From an uncultured euryarchaeote (lineage in GTDB: Archaea; Thermoplasmatota; Poseidoniia; Poseidoniales; Poseidoniaceae): a stretch of 64,000 nt of DNA. The notes below the pieces were generated by a model. The model saw nothing but the letters and a program-made list of their open reading frames with translations, did no database searches and had not been told where the DNA came from. The DNA is taken from contig CALBRH010000001.1 in NCBI GenBank assembly GCA_937899865.1, positions 51,562-115,561 on the forward strand, read 5' to 3'. Both the position numbers and the translations under genes were made by a program. Shown in pieces: positions 18,796 to 28,459 of the stretch (positions within the stretch are counted from its first letter, which is position 1; the number at the start of each line of letters is the position of its first letter).

Positions 18796-19818
18796 TCATT
18801 CCTTCAAATCAAGACTTGCACTGCCCATTATTCTAGGTTTTGAATCTAATTGTGCAATAATTGCTGACCCCGGATTTTCTCGTCTAATGTAAACAGGAGA
18901 ATCCCACTCAACGACTATATTCTCGTTGTTGACAGATTTAATCCTACCAACAGTAAATTGCAGATCAACACTAATGTGGATGACATCACCTTGGTTAAGA
19001 ATTCGTTTTTGGAATGGCGAAACATCCAATATCATTTCTGAAGATTTGTGTTCAACTACAGATAATGGGATATGAGTGTTTGTCTTTTTGTCATTGATTG
19101 CTGGCTTAACTATGATTGAGCCGTTACTAAGGGAATCTTCTTTGGCACCTCTAATCGCTATACCAACGCGATCTCCAGATTGAGCCTGTTGGACATCATC
19201 GTCCATTACCTGTAGCGATTTGGTGTTTCCAGAGCCATTAGATGGCAATATGTGTAGTTCATCGTGAACTTTTAGAGTGCCACATTGCACATATCCGATA
19301 GCAACTAAGCCAATTCCTTTCACATTGAAATGTTGATCGATACTCACCACAAGTGGCGATGATGCGGAATCAGCTAATTCATCTTCAATTTCACTCATTA
19401 AATGGTATAATTGATTACGTATTTCTAATCCATCAGGAGACATGAATTTCCAATGTGTTAGTCCGGCTTGAGCAAACATCTTTTCAGCCATATCTTGATC
19501 AACCCAATCTCCCTCTTTTGGCTTGATAATTGCAATACCAAGTCTAATATTAGAACTGGCAAATGCTACCAAAACTTCACCAAGTGTTGCATCGATTGCA
19601 TTGATTTCTATGATACCAACTCTGCCGGCAGAGATTGCATTTAGTAACGGTCTCAAACGTTCCGGATATCTTGCTGGTCTAATGATTGAAATTATTTTGG
19701 CAACACCATCTTGTATTTCTTTGTGGACATAGGTGTGAACATCACGTTGATCGGTTGCTTTAGCGATTTCTTTGGCGAGTTCATCACTGCCAAACATTGC
19801 TACATTCAAGACGGTCAT
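18796..19818 (-). CDS. SelB-like (SelBL) elongation-factor homolog with degenerate G domain
   Basis: EF-Tu/SelB domain II motifs IDQHFNVKGIGLVAIG, KSLQVMDDD and GDRVGIAIRG. The N-terminal domain lacks a canonical P-loop. Start placed at MTVLNV. Confidence 0.7.
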   Translation of the reverse strand: MTVLNVAMFGSDELAKEIAKATDQRDVHTYVHKEIQDGVAKIISIIRPARYPERLRPLLNAISAGRVGIIEINAIDATLGEVLVAFASSNIRLGIAIIKPKEGDWVDQDMAEKMFAQAGLTHWKFMSPDGLEIRNQLYHLMSEIEDELADSASSPLVVSIDQHFNVKGIGLVAIGYVQCGTLKVHDELHILPSNGSGNTKSLQVMDDDVQQAQSGDRVGIAIRGAKEDSLSNGSIIVKPAINDKKTNTHIPLSVVEHKSSEMILDVSPFQKRILNQGDVIHISVDLQFTVGRIKSVNNENIVVEWDSPVYIRRENPGSAIIAQLDSKPRIMGSASLDLKE

Positions 19819-19859
19819 GGTATGTCCACCGAGGGCTCTCAAATCAATTTACGGGCAAA

Positions 19860-20321
19860 CTAATCGGATTTTTGAGCAATCATATTATTCCTAATTTGCT
19901 TTGCTTTGTCCCATTCGATTTGTTCTTCCTCATTCTCAACAACAAATTGCGGTATAGGGATAGGACGCATCATTGAATCAATCGCAACAAAGAAAAAATA
20001 CCCCTCACAAATCTTTTTCTTATCCCATGTTGCTTTGTCTACTGCCATTGCGGTAACTTTGGAACACGCGGTATGAGTACTTGTGTAGACTACCTTGCCA
20101 GTTACTTCAAGAAGGTCACCTTGCCGCGCTGGAGCGATGAATTTTAGAGTGTCAATTGAGATAGTTACAAATTCCCGGTGAGCAAATTTGGAACAAGAAA
20201 TACCTCCGGCTTTATCCATTATCGATAGTAATTTTCCACCAAACAATGTATCATGGTCATTGGTGTCACCAGGAAAAACATGTTCGATTAATGTCACAGG
20301 CTCTTTAGAGTATGGCTCCAT
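19860..20321 (-). CDS. Acyl-CoA thioesterase (hotdog fold, YciA-like)
   Basis: Motifs VFPGDTNDHDTLFGGKLLSIMD, VTISID and FFFVAID...PIPIP. Confidence 0.9.
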   Translation of the reverse strand: MEPYSKEPVTLIEHVFPGDTNDHDTLFGGKLLSIMDKAGGISCSKFAHREFVTISIDTLKFIAPARQGDLLEVTGKVVYTSTHTACSKVTAMAVDKATWDKKKICEGYFFFVAIDSMMRPIPIPQFVVENEEEQIEWDKAKQIRNNMIAQKSD

Positions 20322-20410
20322 GATGTTCGCAAACGCTTCTACTTCAAGAAGTCATGCCGAGAATCTTCTATAATGGCATGGTTTCTTGTAGCATATCATA
20401 ATGGACAAAC

Positions 20411-21091
20411 ATGAGCGGTGAAAAGAAGTGCATCGCTCTTATCTCAGGTGGTATTGATTCACCTGTTGCAATAGCCAGAATGCTGAAAGATGGTTGGAAA
20501 ATGCAATGTGTACATTTCAGTTTGGCAGAGTTGACAGGTAAAGCCCCAGAAGAGAAATCTGTTGCCGCTTTAAATCACCTTATGTCTTTGGATAGTGAAC
20601 TTGGTGAAATGGCTAAACAATACATAGAACCTAATTTAATCATCGTTCCTGTTGCTGAGCAAGCGTCTAAATTCACTGAAAAATGGGCGCATACAGAATA
20701 TTTTATTCATATGAAAAGAATGTTTCATAAATTAGGTGACATAATTGGTAAAGAGTACGGGGCAACCCATATATTAACTGGAGAAAATCTTGGCCAAGTT
20801 TCTTCACAAACCTTAGGGAATATGGGTGCAATTGAGAGTATGTCTGACTTGATACCACTTAGGCCCCTTCTTTGCTTCGACAAGCGACATATCATTGATA
20901 TGGCAAGGGCGTTGGGGACTTATGAGTTGTCTCTTGCAGTAGAAGTTTGTGACGCATTAGGGCCAAAAAAGCCAACTACTGTGGCAAATAAAGAGTGGCT
21001 CGAATTAAGCGAACAGAGAGCGGGCGGGATAGAAATTTTAGTAAATCAGGCGTTGGCAAAAAAATACTTGGTCAATTTGTCACCAAATTGA
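20411..21091 (+). CDS. thiI: ThiI-like PP-loop adenylation domain without N-terminal NFLD/THUMP
   Basis: Motifs LISGGIDSPVA, TGENLGQVSSQT, LRPLLCFDK, ARALGTYELS and CDALGPKKPTT. Only 226 aa long. Confidence 0.75.
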   Translation: MSGEKKCIALISGGIDSPVAIARMLKDGWKMQCVHFSLAELTGKAPEEKSVAALNHLMSLDSELGEMAKQYIEPNLIIVPVAEQASKFTEKWAHTEYFIHMKRMFHKLGDIIGKEYGATHILTGENLGQVSSQTLGNMGAIESMSDLIPLRPLLCFDKRHIIDMARALGTYELSLAVEVCDALGPKKPTTVANKEWLELSEQRAGGIEILVNQALAKKYLVNLSPN

Positions 21092-21166
21092 ATCATAAGA
21101 GCCTTTTTTTCACGAAAAAGCGATGCATTTTAGGTGTAGAAGTCTTGGATTGTTATCGGCGATAGC

Positions 21167-24100
21167 ATGGCGATTGTAAATAACCGAACAAAAACATCAT
21201 TATTTTTGACTCTTCTAATGATACTAACTCCTTTTGCTGCAGCATCTACAGTGACTACTTTTTCTGATGGTTCATCAGAGGTAGTAATTGAATTCAAAGA
21301 TGGAGTAAATTTTGAAAATACCACGGATGGGGGCTTTTATGTTCCAAGTGATGAAACAATCACTTCAGCCTCAGTTGATATTGTGTCAAGCCCGATGATG
21401 TATAAATCAAGTAGTGGTTCATCAGCACTTACATCGTTTTCATGGGATCCAAATCAAAATAATGGAGCTACTACATTTGTAGATCCAAGTAAATTTTCTT
21501 TCGAATCAACTATTGATTACGACAAAGTTGAACTAAGGTCTGAAGTATATTCTACTGACTTTGAATTTGATGAATCTGGTATTTCTAACGATACGATTTA
21601 TTTTAATTCCAATGGCGATAATATCTCTTGGGATTATGATAATGTTAAATTTAAACAATTAGACGAAGGTCCTGATTTCTGTTCATCCGGTGACATGTGT
21701 TGGGGAACAAACTTCTATGACTCTGATTATACTGATGACGTAGATGTTCAAGGCTTTGGTTCGGAATTTGAATTCCGTATGAAAACTCCTTCGGTTTATT
21801 TAGACAATTCAATTAATGATACTTACCTACGTTTCTCGAGTTGGCATCAATTAGAAACGAAATATAATAGTCAAGGAGATTTGTATTACGACGATTGTGC
21901 TTATATTGAGATAGAATATTCAGTTACCGGACAATTTCAAGGAGAAGAAAGTCTTGACATTCTTCCTATTAACTTCCCTTTTTCGAATGGAATCGCACCT
22001 AGTCAAGGAGCATTTATCCGTTCTGATGCATTACAACAAGGTAATACCATTTCAGCGTATTGTTCCGATGTCCCTTACAACCAGTTTGCCCTTGCTGGGA
22101 CTTCCATAGGCCCTACTAATCCATCAGGTTGGGCTACAATTGCAAGTAATCTAGCACCTTATTTAGGAAAACATGTTAAAATTAATTTCGTATTATACCA
22201 CTCTGATCAAGGTGGCAACTTGTTTTCACAACCTACTCCAGGGTGGTTTATTGATGACATAAGTATTGGAGAAAGATACAGTCAAGATGGATTGATGGTC
22301 ATTAACAATATCCAACCGCCAACATCATATGAGGATAAAAGTCCTAATGGATTTGGTTTAATTTACACTGATACATTTGAGCCGGCAGATTCAAAGTTAA
22401 CTTATACATTCAGAAATTCGATTAATGGCGTAATTATTACCGGAACAGATGGTAGGGTTATGGAGAATTTAGCAGGTCCTGTGATTGAGCTATGGAATAT
22501 TGATACTGATCAACATCAATTCATTGACATGGAAGTCCAATTCGATTCAGGTTCACAACAAATTTCAAGTCCAATTTTCTATGGTTTTATGATTGGAACT
22601 GAGGTGGGAGTTACCTTTAATGATTTAGACATAGTAAGGGATTTTGAAGTTGACAACTCAATTTTGAATTTCGAAAATAATTCTGAGACGAGAAATTTAT
22701 TGTTATACTACAATTCTTCAGATTTCATGAATAATAACAATCCTTATGATTTCCAAAAACCAATTTATGGCATTGAAATTTCTGAAATTCCGACGGTTTG
22801 TAGTGCTGATGTTTCAATCAAGCATTATGGTTTAGCCGATTTTGAGCCAATTTCGATCGATGTGGTAAATTACATGACCATTCCAATATTTGATTTTGAT
22901 CTTAAAATAAAACTTAACACGGATTGTGATGTAAGAAATATTTGGTTTTCATTCACTATCGGGGAACACATTGAAGATTTAACACTCGACTTTGGTAATG
23001 ACGGAGTTGACGAATGGAAATTTGATGAACCTGCATTTGGGAAGTTTGGATTTCAAGACACTTTTTATCGGACTGAATCAAACGGAATTAGCCAGAGTGA
23101 AGAATTGGCCAAATTAACCTTAGATCCGATTTCTGGTGAAGTTACAGGAGGCTTTTTCTTATTGCCTAAAGGTGCTGAAGTACAATATTTTGATTTTGAA
23201 ATCGCCTCCAATTCAATATTCAACGTAAATGATACTGCAGAGGCATTTACAATTGGTCTTCAGATTGGGTTAGAGTTTAATTCATTGGGTAATATAGCCA
23301 ATAGTGGCGATTTGTTTTTCAGAGATGTAAGGTCAGACATGGATAGAGTGACTGAAAAATTATCTGTTCTAATCGGTTCACCAAACACTCCAGTATTTAA
23401 GACAGATTCTTACGGTATTGAATGGGTTAGAGTTGGGTTTACAATTCAACAGTATGACTCTAACAACGGTGGCGCCGCCACTTTGAAAAACCTAAGGTCA
23501 GTTTATCAGTACAACGCTACTCTAGACGATGATTCTGGATTTGGTGAATATTTACGCGAAACTGTAGCGATAATTAATCAAAATCAACAAACTGGAACTA
23601 CCCAAACGTTAGTACCTTTGAAATCATCTTCTCCAATAGGTGGACAGATTAATCTGGCAAATTTATCAATTGAAACCGAGCAAGGTTATGACTCAACATT
23701 GGACTTTATTTCAGGTTCTGATGGATTGTACAACACTGGAGAGATATATCATATTAAGACAACGCATGAAGTTCAAGCCTCAACCGGAGCAAACTTAGAG
23801 AAATGCCGTATTCAATTCAAAGGAACAGATTCCTCATTCTATCTTGGTTATGATATGGCTTTAGGATTCTATGAGTTAGATGATATTGATGATTATGTAA
23901 CATTACATCCCTCCTCATCAGTATCTTCAATAGGTTCAAGTGGCGCTAAACAAATTGACTGGAAGTTTACTGTTAGTAGTTCCTGGGATGATGAACAAAA
24001 AGTGATTATTTTATCTGAAACATTGGCTGATAATGGAGTAATCGGCATGCTTTCAGGAATATCATTACAGCCAGATATTGGGAATGCCGTTGAGAATGAT

Positions 24101-27100
24101 ATTTTGTTGAATAATTTGACTTTATTTAATTCAGCAGGAGTTGAGCAATCGTTTTCACAAGCGAATACAAATCAACAATTGAAAATTATGGGCAATGTGT
24201 CTTTTGAAGATCTAGAAATTTCTCCGAACCCAAGTTCATACAATCTTGTAGTCGAGGAAAGAGGCATTGAAATCGATGGAGAATTTACCAATATTACATG
24301 GACTGAAATTGCCAATACAAGTGGTTTTATTGATGGAGATATCGACTGGATTGTTGATTTGGGAATGTTTGCATCAGGTTCTGAAACATATAGATTTAGG
24401 ATGACTAATTATGAAGGAGGAGACATTTTATGTCCTCCAGCGGAATATAACCCAGACTCTGATTGTGGTATACAATTTAATTTGTCAATTGACATTCTTA
24501 ATCCTAATCTTTTGTCATTCGAGCTATACAAGAGAGCCGCAGGAGAAGGTGACATCAATTCTGATGACAATTGGAGGGTTGTGTACGACGATTCTTGGGC
24601 AACTCCTAAGTTACAACAAGATTTCCGTTTTGCTGTTAGTGATGTACCAATACCACCAGAATCGGCTGTTTTGCATGTTTGGGTAGAATATGATCATGAC
24701 TTAAACTCAAACGGATTGCCTGAACCATCAGAGTATATCCAAATACCAACTACAAATACTGGTGCTTCAGAAAACGCATCATTCTTGGGAATGTACAATG
24801 ATATGGCAAATTCGGGACTCAAAGGAGTTGTCAGTGTTTGGGTTGAGTGTTATGACTTGGCTGGAAACTCGGTTGATGGTGGAGGTCCAGGATTTGATAA
24901 CGATTATGTTACATATGTCAGTATGGAATTAGAATATCCTACAATTAGTTCTCTAAATATTGAAAATTCATTTGGAGAGAGAATGATTTCTACAATTCCA
25001 ACCAATGCACCAGATGGTGTAGGGATATGGAATCAAACTATGTTTGCAGGAAATGAGTATAATATAATCATCGATGCTGAAGATGGTAACGGCTGGAAAG
25101 ATGTAGAATATGTTGAAATTACCCTTGCTCCACAGGAATTGAACTATGACTCAATGATAATTTACTATCCAAGAAATCAAACTGTATGGACTGAAAGTGA
25201 CATGTTTGATATCTCAGTTGATTCTGTTGGTGAAACAGAAGCAACAATTAGGACTAGTGATGGCAATGTGCTGATTAGTCCCTTTGAAGAAAATTTCATA
25301 ATAAATATCCCAATTTCTATGAAATGGGGGCTTCCGCTTTCTGGAGAATATACTCCATCGTTTAAGATTAAAGATTTGGATAACAGCCCTGTATTTTCAG
25401 AGAGTTCATATCGTCAATCATGGACTTACCAAAATGATATGCGTCTCGACTTTAGATCTAACTTAGATGAAAAACAAATGATTTCCCCTACTTTGACTGA
25501 CCAAGATATTCCAATTTCAGATAATTTGTATCATGAAATCGGTCAAGAGAAATTTATCGGTTCGGTAACCGGTGGCGATGTTGTAATGTTCTCTGGCCAG
25601 TATTCTTTCACATCAGGAATTTTGGAAAATGTGTTTATCAATCCAGAGGCTGAATTAACCATGGAAATTACTAGAAAAGAGGTATTTAGAGACTCTGAGA
25701 GAGATTATGACCCAGTTGAAGAAGAAGTAACGACTCATACTTTCACAGGAGGGAAGTTCGACATACCAATCAAGATGCCGTCATATCAAAATGAATTTGA
25801 ATATGAATTTAAATTGATTAATTTACCAGTTGGAGCAGATGATTTGACAACTGCATATTGTTTTGGTTCAGTGATTAATGGTTGCGGCAAATTCGTGATT
25901 AAAGTTGATGATGAGGCTCCAAAACTTGTCTTTGGTTCTTGGTCAGCATCTAGGGGTGAAACCACTACTAACGGTCTAGAGCCTGAGTTATATGATAAAA
26001 TGCCAACATCATCATACCACTGTGTTGATGTTTCAAGTCAAATAGAAGAACGAGGTAGTCTAGCAGAAGATGCAACAACATTAAACTGGATTTATTTTAA
26101 CGGAAACCCTGAAGATGGTAATGTATGGAATGTTTATCAGAATAATTATGGTACAACCCCATTATCTACTCCTCTAAATTTGTCTGCAGGAAGTTTAGGT
26201 TACATTAGAGCCTCAGCTGATTGTGTTGATCTTTGGCCAGTAAGTTTTGGTCAATTTGATGTGACTGAATCTAATTTGAACTCACCTAATTTAGAAGTGA
26301 ACTTGGTCATGTGGATAGAAACTGTCGACGGAGCAGGTTCGCCAATAATTGGTGCTGGGCGCTATTTCGATGATGGTTCTGCTGTCGGTATCGAGGGTAA
26401 TGACAATGATGGACAAGACAGTTCAACATATATCTTAGAGTTTGAAGGAAGTAAGTTTGAAGTTAGAAATACGAGAACAATTCCAGATTCTCCAGAGGTG
26501 GGTGATAAGATTACTCTCGAAGTAGAGTTAGTCAATTCTGGTATTCCTGGAATTGCTGACTTAGAAATCAAATCTGTGACGAATAATCAACCTCCAGTTT
26601 TCGAAGGCTACATAACTAGTGAAATCATTGGTAAAGATCAAGCACAATGGGTTTCTATTGAATTAGAAGAATTTACTGATGCAACGACTGGGATGTATTA
26701 CATAGTCTATGATAATGAAACCAAGAATGAATTGTTTAATGGTAAAAACCAAGGAAAAACCTTCAACGTTAAGGTCTCAAGCGAATCTGATGATGGATTT
26801 TCAACTGGTTTGATTGTTATAATTCTAGTTGGTGTAATTGCAATTCTTGCTGTAGTTGTTATTGTTATCTCTCGACGAGAGCGTGGTGATGATTTGGATG
26901 ATGAGTTTGAATACGAATATGAAGATGATAAGTCATATGCTTCCATACCACAACAAACTCAAACCTATCCTACTCCGGCTGCTGCTGTAAGTCCTGAAAT
27001 GGCTGAGGCACTGGAGAAGTTTAATTTCTGGACTCAGGAAGAGATTCAAGGTTACTTCGATCAAGGATGGAGTATTCAGCAATTAGAAGAATGGTTAGAA

Positions 27101-27109
27101 AACCAATGA
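21167..27109 (+). CDS. Giant (1980 aa) secreted, C-terminally membrane-anchored surface protein
   Basis: Signal peptide (FLTLLMILTPFAAA), acidic beta-rich ectodomain including a LRFSSWH...GWFIDDISI jelly-roll-like module, C-terminal TM (GLIVIILVGVIAILAVVVIVI) and an acidic tail. Confidence 0.8.
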   Translation: MAIVNNRTKTSLFLTLLMILTPFAAASTVTTFSDGSSEVVIEFKDGVNFENTTDGGFYVPSDETITSASVDIVSSPMMYKSSSGSSALTSFSWDPNQNNGATTFVDPSKFSFESTIDYDKVELRSEVYSTDFEFDESGISNDTIYFNSNGDNISWDYDNVKFKQLDEGPDFCSSGDMCWGTNFYDSDYTDDVDVQGFGSEFEFRMKTPSVYLDNSINDTYLRFSSWHQLETKYNSQGDLYYDDCAYIEIEYSVTGQFQGEESLDILPINFPFSNGIAPSQGAFIRSDALQQGNTISAYCSDVPYNQFALAGTSIGPTNPSGWATIASNLAPYLGKHVKINFVLYHSDQGGNLFSQPTPGWFIDDISIGERYSQDGLMVINNIQPPTSYEDKSPNGFGLIYTDTFEPADSKLTYTFRNSINGVIITGTDGRVMENLAGPVIELWNIDTDQHQFIDMEVQFDSGSQQISSPIFYGFMIGTEVGVTFNDLDIVRDFEVDNSILNFENNSETRNLLLYYNSSDFMNNNNPYDFQKPIYGIEISEIPTVCSADVSIKHYGLADFEPISIDVVNYMTIPIFDFDLKIKLNTDCDVRNIWFSFTIGEHIEDLTLDFGNDGVDEWKFDEPAFGKFGFQDTFYRTESNGISQSEELAKLTLDPISGEVTGGFFLLPKGAEVQYFDFEIASNSIFNVNDTAEAFTIGLQIGLEFNSLGNIANSGDLFFRDVRSDMDRVTEKLSVLIGSPNTPVFKTDSYGIEWVRVGFTIQQYDSNNGGAATLKNLRSVYQYNATLDDDSGFGEYLRETVAIINQNQQTGTTQTLVPLKSSSPIGGQINLANLSIETEQGYDSTLDFISGSDGLYNTGEIYHIKTTHEVQASTGANLEKCRIQFKGTDSSFYLGYDMALGFYELDDIDDYVTLHPSSSVSSIGSSGAKQIDWKFTVSSSWDDEQKVIILSETLADNGVIGMLSGISLQPDIGNAVENDILLNNLTLFNSAGVEQSFSQANTNQQLKIMGNVSFEDLEISPNPSSYNLVVEERGIEIDGEFTNITWTEIANTSGFIDGDIDWIVDLGMFASGSETYRFRMTNYEGGDILCPPAEYNPDSDCGIQFNLSIDILNPNLLSFELYKRAAGEGDINSDDNWRVVYDDSWATPKLQQDFRFAVSDVPIPPESAVLHVWVEYDHDLNSNGLPEPSEYIQIPTTNTGASENASFLGMYNDMANSGLKGVVSVWVECYDLAGNSVDGGGPGFDNDYVTYVSMELEYPTISSLNIENSFGERMISTIPTNAPDGVGIWNQTMFAGNEYNIIIDAEDGNGWKDVEYVEITLAPQELNYDSMIIYYPRNQTVWTESDMFDISVDSVGETEATIRTSDGNVLISPFEENFIINIPISMKWGLPLSGEYTPSFKIKDLDNSPVFSESSYRQSWTYQNDMRLDFRSNLDEKQMISPTLTDQDIPISDNLYHEIGQEKFIGSVTGGDVVMFSGQYSFTSGILENVFINPEAELTMEITRKEVFRDSERDYDPVEEEVTTHTFTGGKFDIPIKMPSYQNEFEYEFKLINLPVGADDLTTAYCFGSVINGCGKFVIKVDDEAPKLVFGSWSASRGETTTNGLEPELYDKMPTSSYHCVDVSSQIEERGSLAEDATTLNWIYFNGNPEDGNVWNVYQNNYGTTPLSTPLNLSAGSLGYIRASADCVDLWPVSFGQFDVTESNLNSPNLEVNLVMWIETVDGAGSPIIGAGRYFDDGSAVGIEGNDNDGQDSSTYILEFEGSKFEVRNTRTIPDSPEVGDKITLEVELVNSGIPGIADLEIKSVTNNQPPVFEGYITSEIIGKDQAQWVSIELEEFTDATTGMYYIVYDNETKNELFNGKNQGKTFNVKVSSESDDGFSTGLIVIILVGVIAILAVVVIVISRRERGDDLDDEFEYEYEDDKSYASIPQQTQTYPTPAAAVSPEMAEALEKFNFWTQEEIQGYFDQGWSIQQLEEWLENQ

Positions 27110-27119
27110 GTGAGTCGTA

Positions 27120-27926
27120 ATGTCCTCGAGGATTGGCTGGGAAGATATTGTTTGGGAAGACCCCGATGGAGGAAAAATTGTCCTCCATGGTACTATTCCA
27201 ACAGTGGTTTATCCCCGTAAACTACGCCCTTCAATTGAGTGGCATGGGTTAGCATTGCTTGAGTCTGATGAAGTGGTTGAATTATGGGAGCAGGAAGAAA
27301 AAGATGAAGCAGAATCAAGCGGAGTCAATCTTGCTCATGGTTTAGTATCAGGAGGGACAATGGGTATTTTTCTTGAAGAAGTTACACAAATTGATGAGGT
27401 TACTTCAGGTCGATTTCCTGACCCCGAGCCAAGAAGAGTTCATCGGCTTGCTGTAAGGCACAATCGTCCGATATTCTTCATCGAGCCAGAATTAGATGAT
27501 GAAGATTGGGAGGCACATATGATTGCAGAAGCAAAAGAAGTGTCTCGCTGGAAAAAGCTACTTGGTTTGGTAACCGTTGGCAAAAAATGGCGTAAAAAAG
27601 TAAAACAAAATATTTTCCAAGCAGAAAAACCACCAAAAGGAGTTACCGCCAATCTTTCTTCTGCCGCAGTATTATGTGCAACATGGTGGGATCTAAATGA
27701 GTGGTTAATTGGAGAGACTATTGCCGAAGCGCGTAATCTTCGATTTACATCACGATTACGAGGGGCATTGAAGCAATTGAGAATGGACCATGGTAATGAT
27801 GCAGTTTTACTGGTTCCATTATTCATGCCTTGGCGTAACACTATCTTCAATGAACTCAATAATCTACCAGATGTAGAGGAGAATTCATCAAACAAGACCT
27901 CTAGGCTAGACATGGAGGAAGAGTAA
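27120..27926 (+). CDS. Hypothetical protein
   Basis: 268-aa ORF coupled to the downstream gene by a TAATG overlap at 27924-27928. No confident family. Confidence 0.65.
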   Translation: MSSRIGWEDIVWEDPDGGKIVLHGTIPTVVYPRKLRPSIEWHGLALLESDEVVELWEQEEKDEAESSGVNLAHGLVSGGTMGIFLEEVTQIDEVTSGRFPDPEPRRVHRLAVRHNRPIFFIEPELDDEDWEAHMIAEAKEVSRWKKLLGLVTVGKKWRKKVKQNIFQAEKPPKGVTANLSSAAVLCATWWDLNEWLIGETIAEARNLRFTSRLRGALKQLRMDHGNDAVLLVPLFMPWRNTIFNELNNLPDVEENSSNKTSRLDMEEE

Positions 27927-28459
27927 TGGCTGCAGGTGGAGTTGATGTTAGAGTTGAAAACCAACTGGTTAGATTTGTACCTAAATCTCCAGTCAGTCAT
28001 GATGCAGTAGTCTCTCAATTAGCTGGGCAAAAGAATGGCAATATTGTTGTCAAAGCACTGGAAAAACCACGTGCTACTATTGTAATCGATGAAGAAGGCA
28101 GAATTGTAGTTCATGGCACTAATAGAGTTGAGATTGCACGTGCAGCAGCCAAAGAATTACTCCTTAGGCTGGGTCTTGACGAATCGGGGCTTCAAACAGA
28201 ATTAGGTCCTGTAATTGCATCATTTAATTTTGAACAAGCAGTAGATGTTGAGGCAATGAACAAAGAATTTACCGGCGGGACCTCTACTTTTGATCAAAGG
28301 CTTGGGTGTGCAATTATTCAAGATTCTCGCCATAATTTGAAATTATATGTTTGGCCCAATGGCAAGTGTGTCGCAAGTGATGCTCGTCATCCAAATATGG
28401 TGGCAATGTCAGCAGTATTTTGGAAAACTCAGTTACAAGAAAACAAAATATTTGTGTGA
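27926..28459 (+). CDS. Divergent TATA-binding-protein-like protein
   Basis: Two TBP-like repeats: VENQLV...KPRATIVIDEEGRIVVHG...ARAAAKELL and IASFNFEQAVDVEAM...KLYVWPNGKCVASDA. The length of 177 aa fits TBP. Confidence 0.6.
   Translation: MAAGGVDVRVENQLVRFVPKSPVSHDAVVSQLAGQKNGNIVVKALEKPRATIVIDEEGRIVVHGTNRVEIARAAAKELLLRLGLDESGLQTELGPVIASFNFEQAVDVEAMNKEFTGGTSTFDQRLGCAIIQDSRHNLKLYVWPNGKCVASDARHPNMVAMSAVFWKTQLQENKIFV

Noticed and set aside
27440-28018. 192-aa minus-strand ORF and the many other 60-140-aa nested or antisense ORFs in the track
   Set aside because: They are shadows of well-supported genes on the opposite strand or in another frame, with no recognisable motifs.
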